From: Octopus sinensis
Lineage: Eukaryota
DNA length: 64,000 nucleotides
NCBI RefSeq assembly: GCF_006345805.1
Contig: NC_043004.1
Location: 15,748,001-15,812,000, forward strand
Reading direction: 5' to 3'
Shown: positions 14,634 through 28,112 of the stretch, piece by piece
Numbering within the stretch: position 1 is the stretch's first letter
How the letters are laid out: every line of letters starts with the position of its first letter
Position numbers and translations under genes: made by a program
Notes under the pieces: generated by a model
What the model saw: only the letters and a program-made list of their open reading frames with translations
The model's database searches: none
What the model was told of the DNA's origin: nothing

Positions 14634-14719
14634 AATTACACTGAAGAGATTCTTAACCACAAAAAATGTTTTTCTTACAATTATATTATGAGTAAGAATC
14701 GAAACAGTTGTATGTAATT
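14634..14719 (+). ncRNA. Type I hammerhead ribozyme motif with long stem II loop
   Basis: AATTACA CTGAAGA GATTCTTA..(37 nt)..TAAGAATC GAAA CAGTTG TA TGTAATT. Perfect 7-bp stem I, 8-bp stem II, intact core, GUA triplet. Confidence 0.85.
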
Positions 14720-16098
14720 GGTATTTAATATATATATTATTTATTACATTATATTGTATTACAAGAAAACGCCCCTCGTGATGGGGCTGGAGTCTAAAAG
14801 TGTAATTCCGCTTCTGTCTATACTTTTATCTGTTATGCTCTGGCGTTTGGAGTAGAAGCAGCATCATGAGCACGCCAAAGCAAACATTTTTCTTCTGTCA
14901 CATTTGACCACCCGTAACCCAAAACGGAAGCCATTTTTTTTTGTTTTTCTGCCAATATGACTCTTGTTTATTCGAGGCATCCTATTGAAATTTTGTAATT
15001 GAATAAATCTTTTAATTGAATAAATCAATTAAATTTACCACGTTTCTGTTTGCAAGCACTAAATATGGGGTTTCAATACAAAAATAAATTAAATTAAAAT
15101 TTTAATAATATGCATTTGCAAATCGAAACGTTTGCTAGGACTTCTCAGAAAATGAAAAACAGCCAAAACCGGGCTTCCTTTGGAAGAAAATGGATGTTAG
15201 CATTAAAATTACCCTATATTAATTTGAAAGTAATAAAAATTCTTTATAAATAATGTTATTTAAATCCATGTAACCGGAAAACTTCAAATAGATATACAGT
15301 TCGGCAATATACGATGTTGACCGATAAAGGGGCTAACGTTGTGGATGAATAAGCTACCAGAATCGGCCGAATAGTGTTTTGTTTTGAATGTAACCGATAA
15401 AATTGATCTGTAATATTCGTAAAAAGGATAAGAAGAATTTACTGATAAAAAATAACACATAATTTGAAATGTTGATACTAATATTCCTTCTTTATGAAAT
15501 GGAATTAAAGAATAAACATTGGGCATGTACATGTCAAATCAAGTGAATCACGCAAAACTCGAAAAGTACCGCTCATTTTTTTTGGTTAATATAAGAAACT
15601 GTTAGCTAAAGTTTTAGATATTTGTCACCCCTATTTCCAAGTTCAATTACTTAGCAATTTGTTGTTTTCTACTGTCAATTGAATTTTGTTGTGAGAAAAT
15701 ATTCACACAGTTGATTGATCGCCAATTAGTGCCATTTATTCGTTAAAGTTAATATTTTATTTCATTTTTACTTATTCAAAATAATTCCCATGTCTTGTTA
15801 CTCTTGTGTGTCAGCTTATGCATTGAATACTGAATGACATGAGTGTATGCACGTGTTCGAGTATAGGTCACTCTAAAATGATATCGATTTTTACTGCAAT
15901 CACATATGTTCTTTCATGAAATTGCTTAGAAAGCTTAATACAATTTATGGTCTAATGGTGATTCGACGAACATAGCGTCTGTTTGAACGTGATTTGCGGA
16001 ATGATAGCCAATAAGCACGAATGAAATCGGATTTTCCATCAAGATTTATTTTTTTAAAAAAGGGCAAGTCTCACTTTGAAAGTAACTGAGTATATATA

Positions 16099-16131
<33 letters not shown>

Positions 16132-16134
<3 letters not shown>

Positions 16135-16276
16135 GGAGTAAACACATAAATGTGAAACAAGGGGGAAAAAAGAGTACTCAAATACCAGTGATAGAGTAAT
16201 ATGCTTTATTTAAAGCAGCAGAAAATATGAAAATTCAACAAGACCTGTTACTCAGGTTTTGTTGAATTTTCTGCTG
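16132..16276 (-). mobile_element. Truncated fold-back copy of the 39839-40048 element
   Basis: ccggagtaaacacataaatgtgaaacaagg...aaattcaaca is near-identical to 39839-39953 and is followed by a short inverted copy; starts at (TA)n. Confidence 0.8.
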
Positions 16277-16320
16277 TATAGTGTTATTGGACGCTCAGAG
16301 AAGGAAAGAAAGAAGGAGAA

Positions 16321-16356
16321 TTTAAACGTTTCGAGCGGAGCTCTTCGTCAGAAACA
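16321..16356 (-). ncRNA. Minimal PLE-type hammerhead motif
   Basis: Minus strand: TGTTT CTGACGA A GAGC-TCC-GCTC GAAA CG TT TAAA; stem I imperfect. Confidence 0.55.
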
Positions 16357-16433
16357 TAGAAAAAGTAAATGTCCAAGGAAGGGAAAACGGAGAAAGTAAA
16401 TCGCCAACGATACGCACACACACACATACACAC

Positions 16434-16486
<53 letters not shown>

Positions 16487-16513
16487 AATACATCACACAC
16501 ATACAAACATACG

Positions 16514-16591
<78 letters not shown>

Positions 16592-17075
16592 CCGTTAACT
16601 AAATATTATATAATATAAAATTAAACGTGTTTTATGTCTTTATTTTTATTGAACTTCGTACGAGAGTTATACATGCTATCGGCCAGAAGAAAATGAAATA
16701 AAAATAAATAAACAGCCCAGTTTGGTACGCGTAAATTTCACTATAAATTATATTCAGTAAAAACTCAAATATTCAGTTTAATACTCTGAATCAGCATCGC
16801 TATTTCGGTCTATGTAGCTTTCTGTGGTCTTTCCTTACTTCTTTCCTTCCGTTCATTCTTTCTTTCTTTCTTTCTGTCTTCGTTTCTATCTCTAAAATCT
16901 GTCATTCAATCAGTATAGATATTTGCCTGTGATTTGTATATACTCACATACATCCATAAATACATAGATACATAGATACATACATATATGAGTGTGTGTA
17001 TGTATGTACGTATATGCATTTATATATATATGAATGCCTGTATATACATATACATATATACATACACACACATAC

Positions 17076-17114
<39 letters not shown>

Positions 17115-18173
17115 TATATATATATACACTCGGTCGCCACAGACATATCATTTTCTTTTGTTGTACTATCAAGGAAGCATTCCAGTTGCCTTGAGGGTAC
17201 GCGCGTATATTATATGAAGGTAAAAATACCAATTAGATTTTCTAGCGTTCTTATCGCACACACACATACATACACACACATACACGCGCACACCCTCACA
17301 CACCCACACACAAGAGGTATACATGAAGACATTCATTCACACTTATATATATTGGAAGGTATATATTTCGACACAGGAGATTTCCAATGTAGCCATATGT
17401 ATTAGAGAAGATCTCAATATACAAGAAAAAGATTAAGTGAGAACATGAATAGTAACGGAAGACGGCAATGCGTTAAATTTTAAGCAGAACCAACTAAATG
17501 AAAGCGATCATACGCAGATATATGTGATAACGTCACTTATACATCTTCAACATCATTTCTGGTAAGTTCTCATTTGAGAGTAGTGTAATTAAATTCCTTC
17601 TGGCATTCGCAACTAACTCAGAATTACATATATAAAAGGAAGCGAGATGATCACAAGAATCAAGAATTCATCGAAGTTGAATTGATATTGGGAAAAATAC
17701 AGCCTGATAGCTTGATAGTCTAGCTAAAAGAGGACAACCGTGGCCATGTCTTTGTTATGATCGGAACTTGGCGATTACATTTTGAGTGGAATAATATATT
17801 CAACAGAATATAAAGAAATATTGCAGGGGCATACGAAAATTATTTTAAAAATCATGATTTACGTGTATTTTATCGGGAAGAGAAATTGAGAAGTAACCAT
17901 TGATTTGTTACGCTTTACATTGGAACATATTTAACGCGAAAGATGTAAATGCGATAATACTGAAAGCTTCCTAAGATTCAGAAATTCGCTCCTGAGAGAG
18001 TGTGAATGCGATTTGAATCTGACAAAAAACAAGATTTCGTACGAATGTTCTAGGAAAGAAATTAGAAATAGAATACTACGAAAATACATTTACTAAACAT
18101 TTTACTAAGCGAAAAAAAAAATCATGTTTGACGATTGCTTGCTGGAGAAAAAATTGTAGGAAATATATATATG

Positions 18174-18267
<94 letters not shown>

Positions 18268-19019
18268 TATGACTGCATCCATGTATATAGCTAAATAATA
18301 TAATACACATTGACAGGCACACAAACACATTTAAATATATAAATTTATATCTTTAATCATGTTTATGTATATATCTATATCTACGTATGTACATATTCAT
18401 TCCTACATGTATACGTATAAATCCATACGTATGTATATGTATGTATGTATGTATGTATGTATATTTATATATATATACATACATATATATATATATATAA
18501 ATGCATATGCATGCATTTACAAACAGACAATCATGTATTTGATAGTTAATGAATGTATATATATATACGTTTTGATCTTCAAATATGACGTAAACAACAT
18601 AATAAATAATTAGAGACCAGAAAAAATATAACACATATGAATAAAATATATTTACAAATACTGGTAAATGTAAATACACATGTACGAGGGACTGCTGAGT
18701 GGATGTTGACTTAAAGGGCATCGCAAAAGGCCTACTTGGAGGCTCAAAAATCCGTAAAATTTTTACAGTACTTAGAAAAATTGAAGGACCGCTGCACTAA
18801 CTCTATAATTCTGAGAAGTCAGTATGTTGACTAAAACAATGAACTGATACTCTTGTACTTCTTATCCAAAGCGAAGAACTTTTCAATAATCACCCGTGCA
18901 TGCACATGTAACTAATTATATATATATATATATACACACACATGTGAGTGTGTTTGCGTATGTCTTTAATATATACACGAATATGATTATATTGGTTGTG
19001 TACTCTTTATGCTGAGTTT

Positions 19020-19545
19020 GACCACCTTCTCTACCTACACCTTAGAACGATCATGGCATCTGATGTGGCTTTTTATTCCAGACAATGGGCTAAAAAGACT
19101 CCCACATAGATTGCATATCCGATTTGGACCAACAAGAGTTGCAGATAACTTCTAATCTTTGTGGGACTTGAAATTACTTTTAAGACCTCCGTTAAATGTT
19201 CAATCCTTCTTGTATACATTGCATTCAAAAGTGTGCACATACATATAGGGAGAATATTTGGGGGAGGTTTTTTCTCCATGGGTTCGCCAATAAGACCTGA
19301 GCCTAGCAAAAGAAAGGCGTGGTCTGTCAAAGACTGTGCTCACGAAAAGGTCATTGTTATTCACCTTCATGATCGTAACATTCTTCCTTAAATATATTTT
19401 TGAGTCTTGCATGCGTTATCCTGGCCTCTTCAAATGCTTTCACTCCACACCGCACTGTTGTTCACCATCCAGTCCGATCCGAAGCAAGTATCCCTATGTC
19501 CTCTGCATCCATTCCAAGTGATTTCATTGTAGTCCTTATGAAAAC
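19020..19545 (-). mobile_element. 3' remnant of a second RTE-like LINE
   Basis: Minus translation MKSLGMDAEDIGILASDRTGW*TTVRCGVKAFEEARITH resembles the RTE C-terminus encoded at ~9020-9150. Left boundary approximate. Confidence 0.6.
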
Positions 19546-19586
19546 GGATGTTTGGGCGTGCGTTCATCCGCTACACATGCACATAT

Positions 19587-19617
<31 letters not shown>

Positions 19618-19631
19618 CACACTCAAACAAA

Positions 19632-19672
<41 letters not shown>

Positions 19673-20605
19673 CATCCCTTACACCCTCTTCCACATACCC
19701 CATCTCTACTCCCACCCTCGACTACCCACAAACTCCACCTCTACCCCCACTCTCTGCCTACCCACATACCCCATCTCTACCCCATTTCTCAGCCTAACAC
19801 ACACCCCACCCGTGCTTTCCCCACTCTCTACTCCGCCACCTCCCAACAACATCATACCACCCCGCACTACACCATACCACACTACACATCACATCGCAAC
19901 TCACATCGCAAAACACACCAGCACTGATCAATTCCCATCCCGAAATTTTCACAGCTACATATACACACACGCACACGTCAAGACCACCAGCCCTCTTTCA
20001 CGCACATTTACGTACTCTCTTACACACTCGCGCACCTTCGCTTTGGGATCACCTTTACTTTGTTATCTCCACTACTTCTCGCCCTCCTGTGTGACCCTTC
20101 TGTCCGGCAGTCGCCATGATAGATCGGTCGCCACTACGCACCATTTTTTCTCTCGTTGTTTCTTGCTTAAATGATGACAATATATATATATATTCATATA
20201 TGAATGTAAATGATGAAGAAGTCTAAAACTTCATTGAACTATGCTGGTGGGTATTGAGTCAGAATAAGCGAGTGGTTGACAATGAACACAAATAAACTGA
20301 ATATTCGAATTTGTTTGAAACTCCTAATCTCTTCGGGAAATATATACTTCATTAAATATAAGACATTAATCATGATCAACACAACAGCAGAATCGCCTGC
20401 CGGTGATGTCAATTTGCTTTAACTGAGATTTTAGATACTTTTTCATAAAAGAGCAGAAATTCCTCAAATATAGAGTCATTTAACAACCAAATGTGAATTA
20501 TATTAATATCTTCTGATTATCCATATTCATTAGCATTAGCTTAAGTATTTTGCTACATTCTCACCTGCATTTCTCGCATTTTAAACATTTTTATATAACT
20601 TGTTG

Positions 20606-20660
<55 letters not shown>

Positions 20661-20666
<6 letters not shown>

Positions 20667-20889
20667 TCAAAGGACATAATAAGTATGTCTACCTGCTAGA
20701 AATAACAGTCAAAACCCTTATTAAATCGCCAAAAATACACTGATGAAAACTACAGAAATCAAACGAAGGCAAAATCAGGTCTTCGTTTGATATCTGTAGT
20801 TCTCATCAGTGTATTTTTGGCGATTTAATAAGAGTTTTTACTCTTATTTCTAGCAGGTAGACATACTTAGTATGTCCTTTGATTAATTT
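20661..20889. repeat. ~230-bp fold-back hairpin abutting (TA)n
   Basis: ~110-bp arms, aattaatcaaaggacata...caaacgaag / cttcgtttga...tatgtcctttgattaatt, with a ~10-nt loop. Confidence 0.9.
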
Positions 20890-21000
20890 TCATCCTTTGG
20901 CTATTTAATGCTATTTTTTGGCCTCCTAACGCCTTTGTCATTGTTTCTGTTATTATCATTTTTTTAAATAGTTACATTCGATAATAATAGATATATATAT

Positions 21001-21031
21001 ATACCGGAGTCATTCGTGTTGCTTATTTTGA

Positions 21032-21100
<69 letters not shown>

Positions 21101-21130
21101 TCAAAATAAGCAACAAGAATGACTCCAGTA
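21001..21130. repeat. Short inverted repeat enclosing (TA)n
   Basis: taccggagtcattcgtgttgcttattttgagt / actcaaaataagcaacaagaatgactccagta. Confidence 0.8.
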
Positions 21131-21798
21131 ATTTGGTACGATCGTTTCAAACATGTGGATTTAAATATTAAGAACATTTGAGGTAGTGGAGCCCATCAAA
21201 TGACTGACTAAGATTCAGTTGTTCCAGACTACTGTAAGGTTCTGAGAGGGAAGAACAAATGAAAATAAACAATAAAGATTTTCTAATTATAGAAATGAGG
21301 TAAAGTGTATGTCATAGCTCCATATAAGGAATTTCTGTGGAAGACAGCATTGTCACAACTAATTGCCAATTACTAATATTTGATGAACAGATTCAGCGTT
21401 AGGAGAACTAGGTCAAAGTCAAATGGTCACAATAACATTCACAGAGAATGCAAAGACCTTACAAACCCTATGCATATCAACTCAACAGTTGGTCTATAAG
21501 TTCCAAGTACTTTGACAGGTTAGAATAAAGGAAAAAATATAAATCTAAAATTTATTCAAATTCGGAGAAAGAGACTACCACTTATTATGAGTAGGCATAG
21601 TACTTATTAACTGGGGCAAAAAGCCTTATTAATCAAGTGAACATATTAGGGGTCAAAATATATACTAAGAAAGATAGAAGAGGGAAAATCAAAGAAGGAA
21701 TATATTCATAGGTTAAGTAGAAGGCGATATTTTATAATATGAAGAGAGGTAATTTAGAAGAGTAAATTATTCAAATTTCACGGATAGTGAGTTGATAT

Positions 21799-23059
21799 TA
21801 ATGAATTAAAATATAGGATCTATTGGAAATAAAATTTACTACCTGCGGATAAAAGTTAATTAGTTAGGTAAAAATATCTTAGGTTAATTATATTAAGAAA
21901 TGGGAGTGAGGTAATCAAGATGAACCAAATAGTTTCCCTAGGGACATAGGATTAATTACTAATAGTGACAATAATACTAATACTAACAATAATTTACATA
22001 ACAGCAATGGAAGTGAACTGTCCTTAAATAATCCCAGTACCGGACACTATCCCCCCAGTTGTAATTTTAGGATTAGATCAAAATATCCGGAATCTGGCCG
22101 TTGTTCGGTTCAAAACGTGATTTCTAAATGCACGATAATAACTTCAAATAATAGCTTTCTTTATTTCGTCTAAACAACCATTTTTCCTCTTTTACATTCA
22201 AACATAAAGCAGGTTGCACAACATTATCTAGTAAAATTTAGGAACTAAAAACAAATAATATAGAATTCAACCTAAAATGGGATATAGTTAGAAGGAGCAA
22301 CCTTATAGAAATAGTAGGGATGGTTGTCAACTTTGTTCTATGGAAACTTATGAAATTTTGAAACATCAGAGTAATACAAATCTCTTGAATAACCGTTTGG
22401 AGCTGGCATCATCTTGTATACATCGTACGACCCGAATGTTTAAATACTTTAAATAATAATTTTGTGAATATTCCTATTTTTTTCAAATTTTAGTTCTTTA
22501 TAACCAAATAAGAAGGAATATACCATACTAGATTTCAATTTAACATTTATAGATGACTAAAATAACTTCACTGCAAACTTAAAATTGAATTCTTTTTTCT
22601 AAAATTAAACTGTATGAATCTAAATAGTTAGAATCCTAAATCGTATAAATCCCAAATAGTAGGAATACTAAATAGTATGAATCCTATGTCCCTAAAGAAA
22701 CTATTCAATTCCCCTTGATTATCTCACTTCCATTTCTTAATATATAATTAGTCTAAGATATCTTTACAAAATATATTTAACCAAATAGGAACGAATATAC
22801 CATACTGGTTTTAGTTTAACACCCATAATTGATTAAACATCTTCATTGCAAACTTAGAATTAAATTCTTCTTTTTTATAATGTTCTCCAATACTAAGTAG
22901 CATTAATCCTATGCCCCTAGGGAAACTATTTGGTTCATCTTGATTATCTCACTCCCATTTCTTAATATAATTAACCTAAGATATTTTTACCTAACTAATT
23001 AACTTTTATCCGCAGGTAGTAAATTTTATTTCCAATAGATCCTATATTTTAATTCATTA
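21799..23059. mobile_element. Penelope-like element fragment with ~160-bp inverted arms
   Basis: 21799-21957 is the near-perfect reverse complement of ~22900-23059. The arms enclose a GIY-YIG remnant and diverged direct sub-repeats (~22510-22770 vs ~22790-22990). Confidence 0.75.
22057..22430 (+). pseudogene. Penelope-like GIY-YIG endonuclease remnant
   Basis: Manual translation: SCNFRIRSKYPESGRCSVQNVISKCTI..LYFV* / NHFSSF..TTLSSKI*ELK..LKWDIV / PYRNSRDGCQLCSMETYEILK..LLNNRLELASSCIH. Matches the recalled PLE pattern CNC..CP..GxC..IY..YIG..NH..SF..W.I..CxLC..E..LN.R.E..C.H. Confidence 0.75.
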
Positions 23060-23408
23060 CCTTGTCCTGAGAGACAAGGTAAAAGTAGCTTTCTAACTAC
23101 TTTTACTCTTTATTCTTATATTTATTTCCTCACAAACTGTGAATTTTATTCCTCCAAAACTGTAAGTTTTGCAAATGTCAACAGGACAAACATTACGAAG
23201 AAATGTTCCAAATAACGAATAAAGAATTGTGAATAAACAAATACGATATAAAAATGAAATAATAATGAAATAAAAATAGAGATGAAAATAAATGGAATGT
23301 TAAATTATGTTTTCTTTCCTCGGCGAAATCCGCGTTAAGGTGAAATCCGCGTTAGATAATACCCATGTTCAATTAAATGTTAGAGACATTTAAAATTTAT
23401 CGTTATTT

Positions 23409-23496
23409 GTGCAGCTGAAGAGATCACTGCATTTAAATCGGTGTAATTATTGCATTGCTCAATTAAATGGAGTCACTTGAAACGGTCGTACTGCAC
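23409..23496 (+). ncRNA. Type I hammerhead ribozyme motif with long stem II
   Basis: GTGCAG CTGAAGA ..CATTTAA..TTAAATG.. GAAA CGGTCG TA CTGCAC. Perfect stem I; base of stem II degenerate. Confidence 0.7.
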
Positions 23497-23614
23497 CACT
23501 ACTTATCCTGTTGCTTATTTCGATTTTATTTACCTTATTTCGAGCTGTGGAGATAATACCGGACTGACTTACTGCTTCAAATTCAAAACCTAATCCACCT
23601 AAATCTCAATTGTG

Positions 23615-23618
<4 letters not shown>

Positions 23619-23681
<63 letters not shown>

Positions 23682-23701
23682 GACAGATTGATAGATCGAT
23701 C

Positions 23702-23767
<66 letters not shown>

Positions 23768-23776
23768 CAGACAGAT
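23619..23776. repeat. (TA)n plus (GATA)n microsatellite
   Basis: Seen directly. Confidence 0.95.
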
Positions 23777-23984
23777 AAATTTGTGTGCGTGTCTCTGTCC
23801 ATGTAACCTCATATGCTCTTTCTCCAGACTACCCGCTCCTTGTATTTTACGTTTTCTCTGGACATTTTCCTCAACCGACGAAGAACCATTCTCGAAACAT
23901 CGCTTACTCCTATTTTTCTGGTTATACCTTTCAGTGAGTGTTATCATGATATATTCACTCTGTTAGTCCTACTGACTTTCATTG

Positions 23985-24021
<37 letters not shown>

Positions 24022-24906
24022 TTCTACCCACTATATTTTTTGCAATAAATCAGTGATACGTATGATTTTTTTCATAAAAAAATGTAATTCCAAATTTTTT
24101 CTTAGTATATCATTTGAATAACCTAGCGATGCGTTCAATTTTCCCTAATAGTTTTCATAGAAGATTTTGTCACACTTTTCACGTATTCTTGTTTCTATAG
24201 CTATAAAAAATGTTTGCGATGAATTATATTCCGGTAATGCAATGCTATGTATTTTTTTAGTAATTTGGTTTCGCTGGCAATTTATTTTCTTTTTCATATC
24301 TCTTTATTTATATGGATGAACAAGAACGCAACAATCGTCGTGTTATCTTCGCATATTTTTCATGCAAATCAAAACAAACTGAGGCACGAAGTTCTATATC
24401 TCCATCAGGTGATAACGTACTGTTACTTTAGATTTTTTTTTTATCTTCCGGTATATTGTGTATGTTTATCTTCCATTATATTGTGTATGTTTCCATACCA
24501 TTCTCTAGATTATATTTTATCACCGTAATCCAACCACAATTGTACCGAGATCGAATGCCATAAGCTATATGTCATAAATATGTTATTGGTTTTCGTTTTC
24601 AGTTCTGTCACTAGCTTCAGTCATTAGACTGTGCTGATGCCGGAGCTCCGCCTTGAAATATTTTTAGTCGAATGAATCGACCCCAGAAGTCATACCCTTT
24701 CTCAAACTTGATTAATTAAGCGAATTGGTTGCGTCAACTGTTTGTAATCAAAATGTGGAATTTGTATTGAATCTAGCGTTGTCTTTTAGTTCATATGAAA
24801 GTCAACTTGAAAACTCATATTTCGAGTAAGAGTAATAAATTGAAAGTACTGAGCAGTAAACGGACCAACATGTAAAACCAGTTTTATATGTATATGCATG
24901 TTTATA

Positions 24907-24965
<59 letters not shown>

Positions 24966-25059
24966 TATATACGATGGGCTTCTCTCAAGGACCTTGTCAT
25001 TGGTAAGCAAGCTACTTACAACACAGCCATTTCTGCGCCTATATATATATATATATATA

Positions 25060-25360
25060 TTCTTTTATTTGTTTCAGTCATTTGACTTCGCCCATGCAGG
25101 AGCACCACCTTTTGTCAAACACATATAACCCAGGACTTATTCTTTGTAAGCCTAGTACTTATTCTAATGGGGTCTTTGGTAGAACCGCTTACTTGCGGAG
25201 ACAAACAAACCAGCTTCGGTTGACATTCAGTTTCCATCTACGAAATTCACCCACAAGGTGTTGGTCGACCCGAGACTATAGTAGAGGACACTTATACAAG
25301 AGGCCACGAAGTGGGACTGATCCCGGAATTATGTGGTTGGTAAGCAAGCTATTTACCATA
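25060..25360 (-). mobile_element. SINE family B (tRNA-like head, internal microsatellite, LINE-like tail), internally deleted
   Basis: Shares tgtttcagtcatttgact...ctagtacttattcta...gaggctatagtagaagacacttgcccaagg...gtaagcaagctacttaccac-type blocks with the copies at 26380, 44075 and 47465. Confidence 0.75.
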
Positions 25361-25371
25361 TAACCTATAAT

Positions 25372-26285
25372 ATAGGCCATGTCTGACATAATATCATCAC
25401 TTGATAGGATTTGTTAAATAGTTTTTAAGTCACGTTTTCTGATATTATGGCCCATTTGAATAGGGGGTTCCTGTTGAGTAAGTTGTATCTAAGTATCTAG
25501 GTATTGTGGCTTGTCTGGTATCCCGTGAAGAAATTTGTCTAGATTGCGTTTGAAGGTGATGGAATATTGTTCCTTTTGATCTGTTTCGGGAAAATGTTAA
25601 ATAGGACAGAGCCTGTTGAGGAAGCGAAATTGTTGCAATATATTTATGCGTTGTGATCCTGAATTGGGTAGGGGACGTATGACCAGTGGTCCTAGCCTTG
25701 AATGAATTCTGAAACTAATGTTGAGATCGTTTGGACAATGTTGCTGGTATCTTCTCCACATCAGGCAAATGATGAGGAGCTGGAGGGAGTAGAGTTTCAT
25801 TGCTTTAAGGCGGTCCCAATAATCGATATCACTCATGGCCCTAATTATTTTAGTTAATGCCCTGTGTGGTGATTCAATTTTCGAAATGTTTTGTTTTGTC
25901 CGAGAGACACAGAGCCAGCAGTATTCGAGGTGTGGCCTACAAAGGAAGAGAAAAGACACATCTTCTTCTCTAGACCCTTCTTCTCTAGAGCCAGAAGATA
26001 CTTAGGATCCAGTAGCTCACCCTATGAGCTATATTGACCTTACTGTTGATGCGGGTAATCCAGCTAAGATTGTTGTCAACAATTACCCGTAGGTCTTTGA
26101 TATTAGTAGATACTATGTTTGGTTCCCCTGAAGAAAAGGTATATGGTTGTTTTAGCACAGACTTTATTCTAAAATGCACCAGATCAAGTTTTCCCTCGTA
26201 TAATCGCCTTTTGGTTTTGTATAACCATTCGCTTACAAGTATGTTGATGAGATTAGAGTTCAGTTCGGTTTCCTTCTCAGTTGAT
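25372..26285 (-). mobile_element. CR1-like LINE 3' fragment, decayed
   Basis: ORFs 25985-26179 and 25597-25959: KDLRVIVDNNLSW, RPHLEYC, DYWDRLKAMKLYSL. Confidence 0.8.
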
Positions 26286-26379
26286 AATTATGCGTGTATA
26301 CACACACACACACAAACACACACACACACTCACACATACACTCACATACACACACACACACACACACGCATATACTCTC

Positions 26380-26752
26380 TCTTTTTTTGTTTCAGCCATT
26401 TGACTGCACCCATGCTGGAGCAACGCCTTTAGTCGAGCAAATCGACCCCAGGACTTATTCTTTGTAAGCTTAGTACTTATACTATCAGTCTCTTTTTGCC
26501 GAACCGCTAATTTATGGGGACGTAAACAAACCAGGATCGGTCGTCAAACGATGTTGGGGAGACAAACACAGACACACAAACATATAAACATACATACATA
26601 TGCATATATAAAACGGGCTTCTTTCAGTTTCCGTCTATCAAATCCACTCACAAGGCTTTGGTTGGACCGAGGCTATAGCAGAAGACACTTGCCCAAGGTG
26701 TCACGCAGTGTGATTGCACCCGGAACCACGTGGTTGGTAAGTAAGCTACTTA
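26380..26752 (-). mobile_element. SINE family B, near full length
   Basis: Collinear with 47465-47893. Confidence 0.8.
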
Positions 26753-26870
26753 CATATATCTACATGCACACATATACATACATATACATATATAAATATA
26801 CACACAAACCTACACATACACATATAAATATATATATATATGTATGTATGTATGCATGCATGTAACATAT

Positions 26871-26925
<55 letters not shown>

Positions 26926-27002
26926 AAATGATGCACACTCTAAAACTAGAGCAGTAAGTATTAAAGCAAAGAGTTAAAATCTGATCATAGAGTGATCAAT
27001 GG

Positions 27003-27440
27003 CTTTGTTTTAACAATCTATTTCCGTTAAATGTGTTTGTTAAAGAGAACGTGAGTAACAAGTTAATTTGAGAACATTAGAGGATTTTCAGTTTGCGTGT
27101 ATGTATATATGTAAATGTTTCTGTGTGTATGCATGTTTGCATGTATGTATATGTATGTATGTACGTTTGTATGTCTGTATATGCGTCTATGTACTTGTGT
27201 ATATATGTATATATATATATATATTATATATATATATAATATATATATATATATATACATGTGGATGAAATGCCAAAAAAGTAGATCATGAGGTGCATTG
27301 ATTGACCAGCTTCTTTACTATAATAAATCAAATCCCAAGGAGGGACCAACTCGAAGAAATCCTCTTCTGTTCTCAGATTAACTGGTTATTCACATTCTCT
27401 TTAACAAACACATCTAACGGAAATAGATTACTAAAGCTTT
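27003..27440. repeat. ~85-bp diverged inverted repeats around a microsatellite
   Basis: aatctatttccgttaaatgtgtttgttaaagagaa...gaggattttc / gaaatcctc...ttctctttaacaaacacatctaacggaaatagatt. Confidence 0.75.
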
Positions 27441-27773
27441 GGGGAGATTATAAAATTTTATAGGCGTTCTGTAATCTGCATTAGTATTCAACTCTCTTAA
27501 TTCGCTATGATTAATATCTATCAATTACATTCTGCAGGACATAACGAGAACCTATAAGATGATTCGTGAAATCCCAAGTGTTACCAAAAATAATCAGTCA
27601 TCTTAAATGAAATTTTAATCGTGATGAGCGACCCGTATTGTTTTATATAATATTTATTTCTTGCATGCTCTCTTAAATGTAATGTCCATAATCTATAATT
27701 ATTGCCTTCATAATCAGTGAATTAATATGCATTGTAAACAACCTAGATTTGCTGAAATTGCTTTCTTGTTCTT

Positions 27774-27826
<53 letters not shown>

Positions 27827-27827
27827 C

Positions 27828-28043
27828 AAAGCGGTGACCTGGTAGAGTCTTTAGCATACTAGTCAAAATACTTAGCGGTATTTCGTCCGTCTATACGTTC
27901 TGAGTTCAAATTCCGCCGAGGTCGACTTTACCTTTCAGCCTTTCGGGGTCGATGCAATAAGTACCAATTTAATACTGAGGTCGATGTAGTCGACTTATCC
28001 CCATCCCAGAAATGTTAGGCCTTGTGCCCATAATCTAAAGGAC
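27828..28043 (+). mobile_element. SINE family A flanked by (ATC)n and an (ATT)n tail
   Basis: B-box-like gagttcaaattcc; (ATT)n at 28044-28110; multi-copy in the window. Confidence 0.8.

Positions 28044-28112
<69 letters not shown>

Noticed and set aside
20735-20815. CTGATGA inside the fold-back hairpin
   Set aside because: No stem II or III; GAAA is not conserved in the other arm.
23870-23905. CCGACGAAGAACCATTCTCGAAACATC, possible decayed minimal HHR (similar cases at ~51210-51250 and ~60953-61008)
   Set aside because: Core and stems too degenerate to call.
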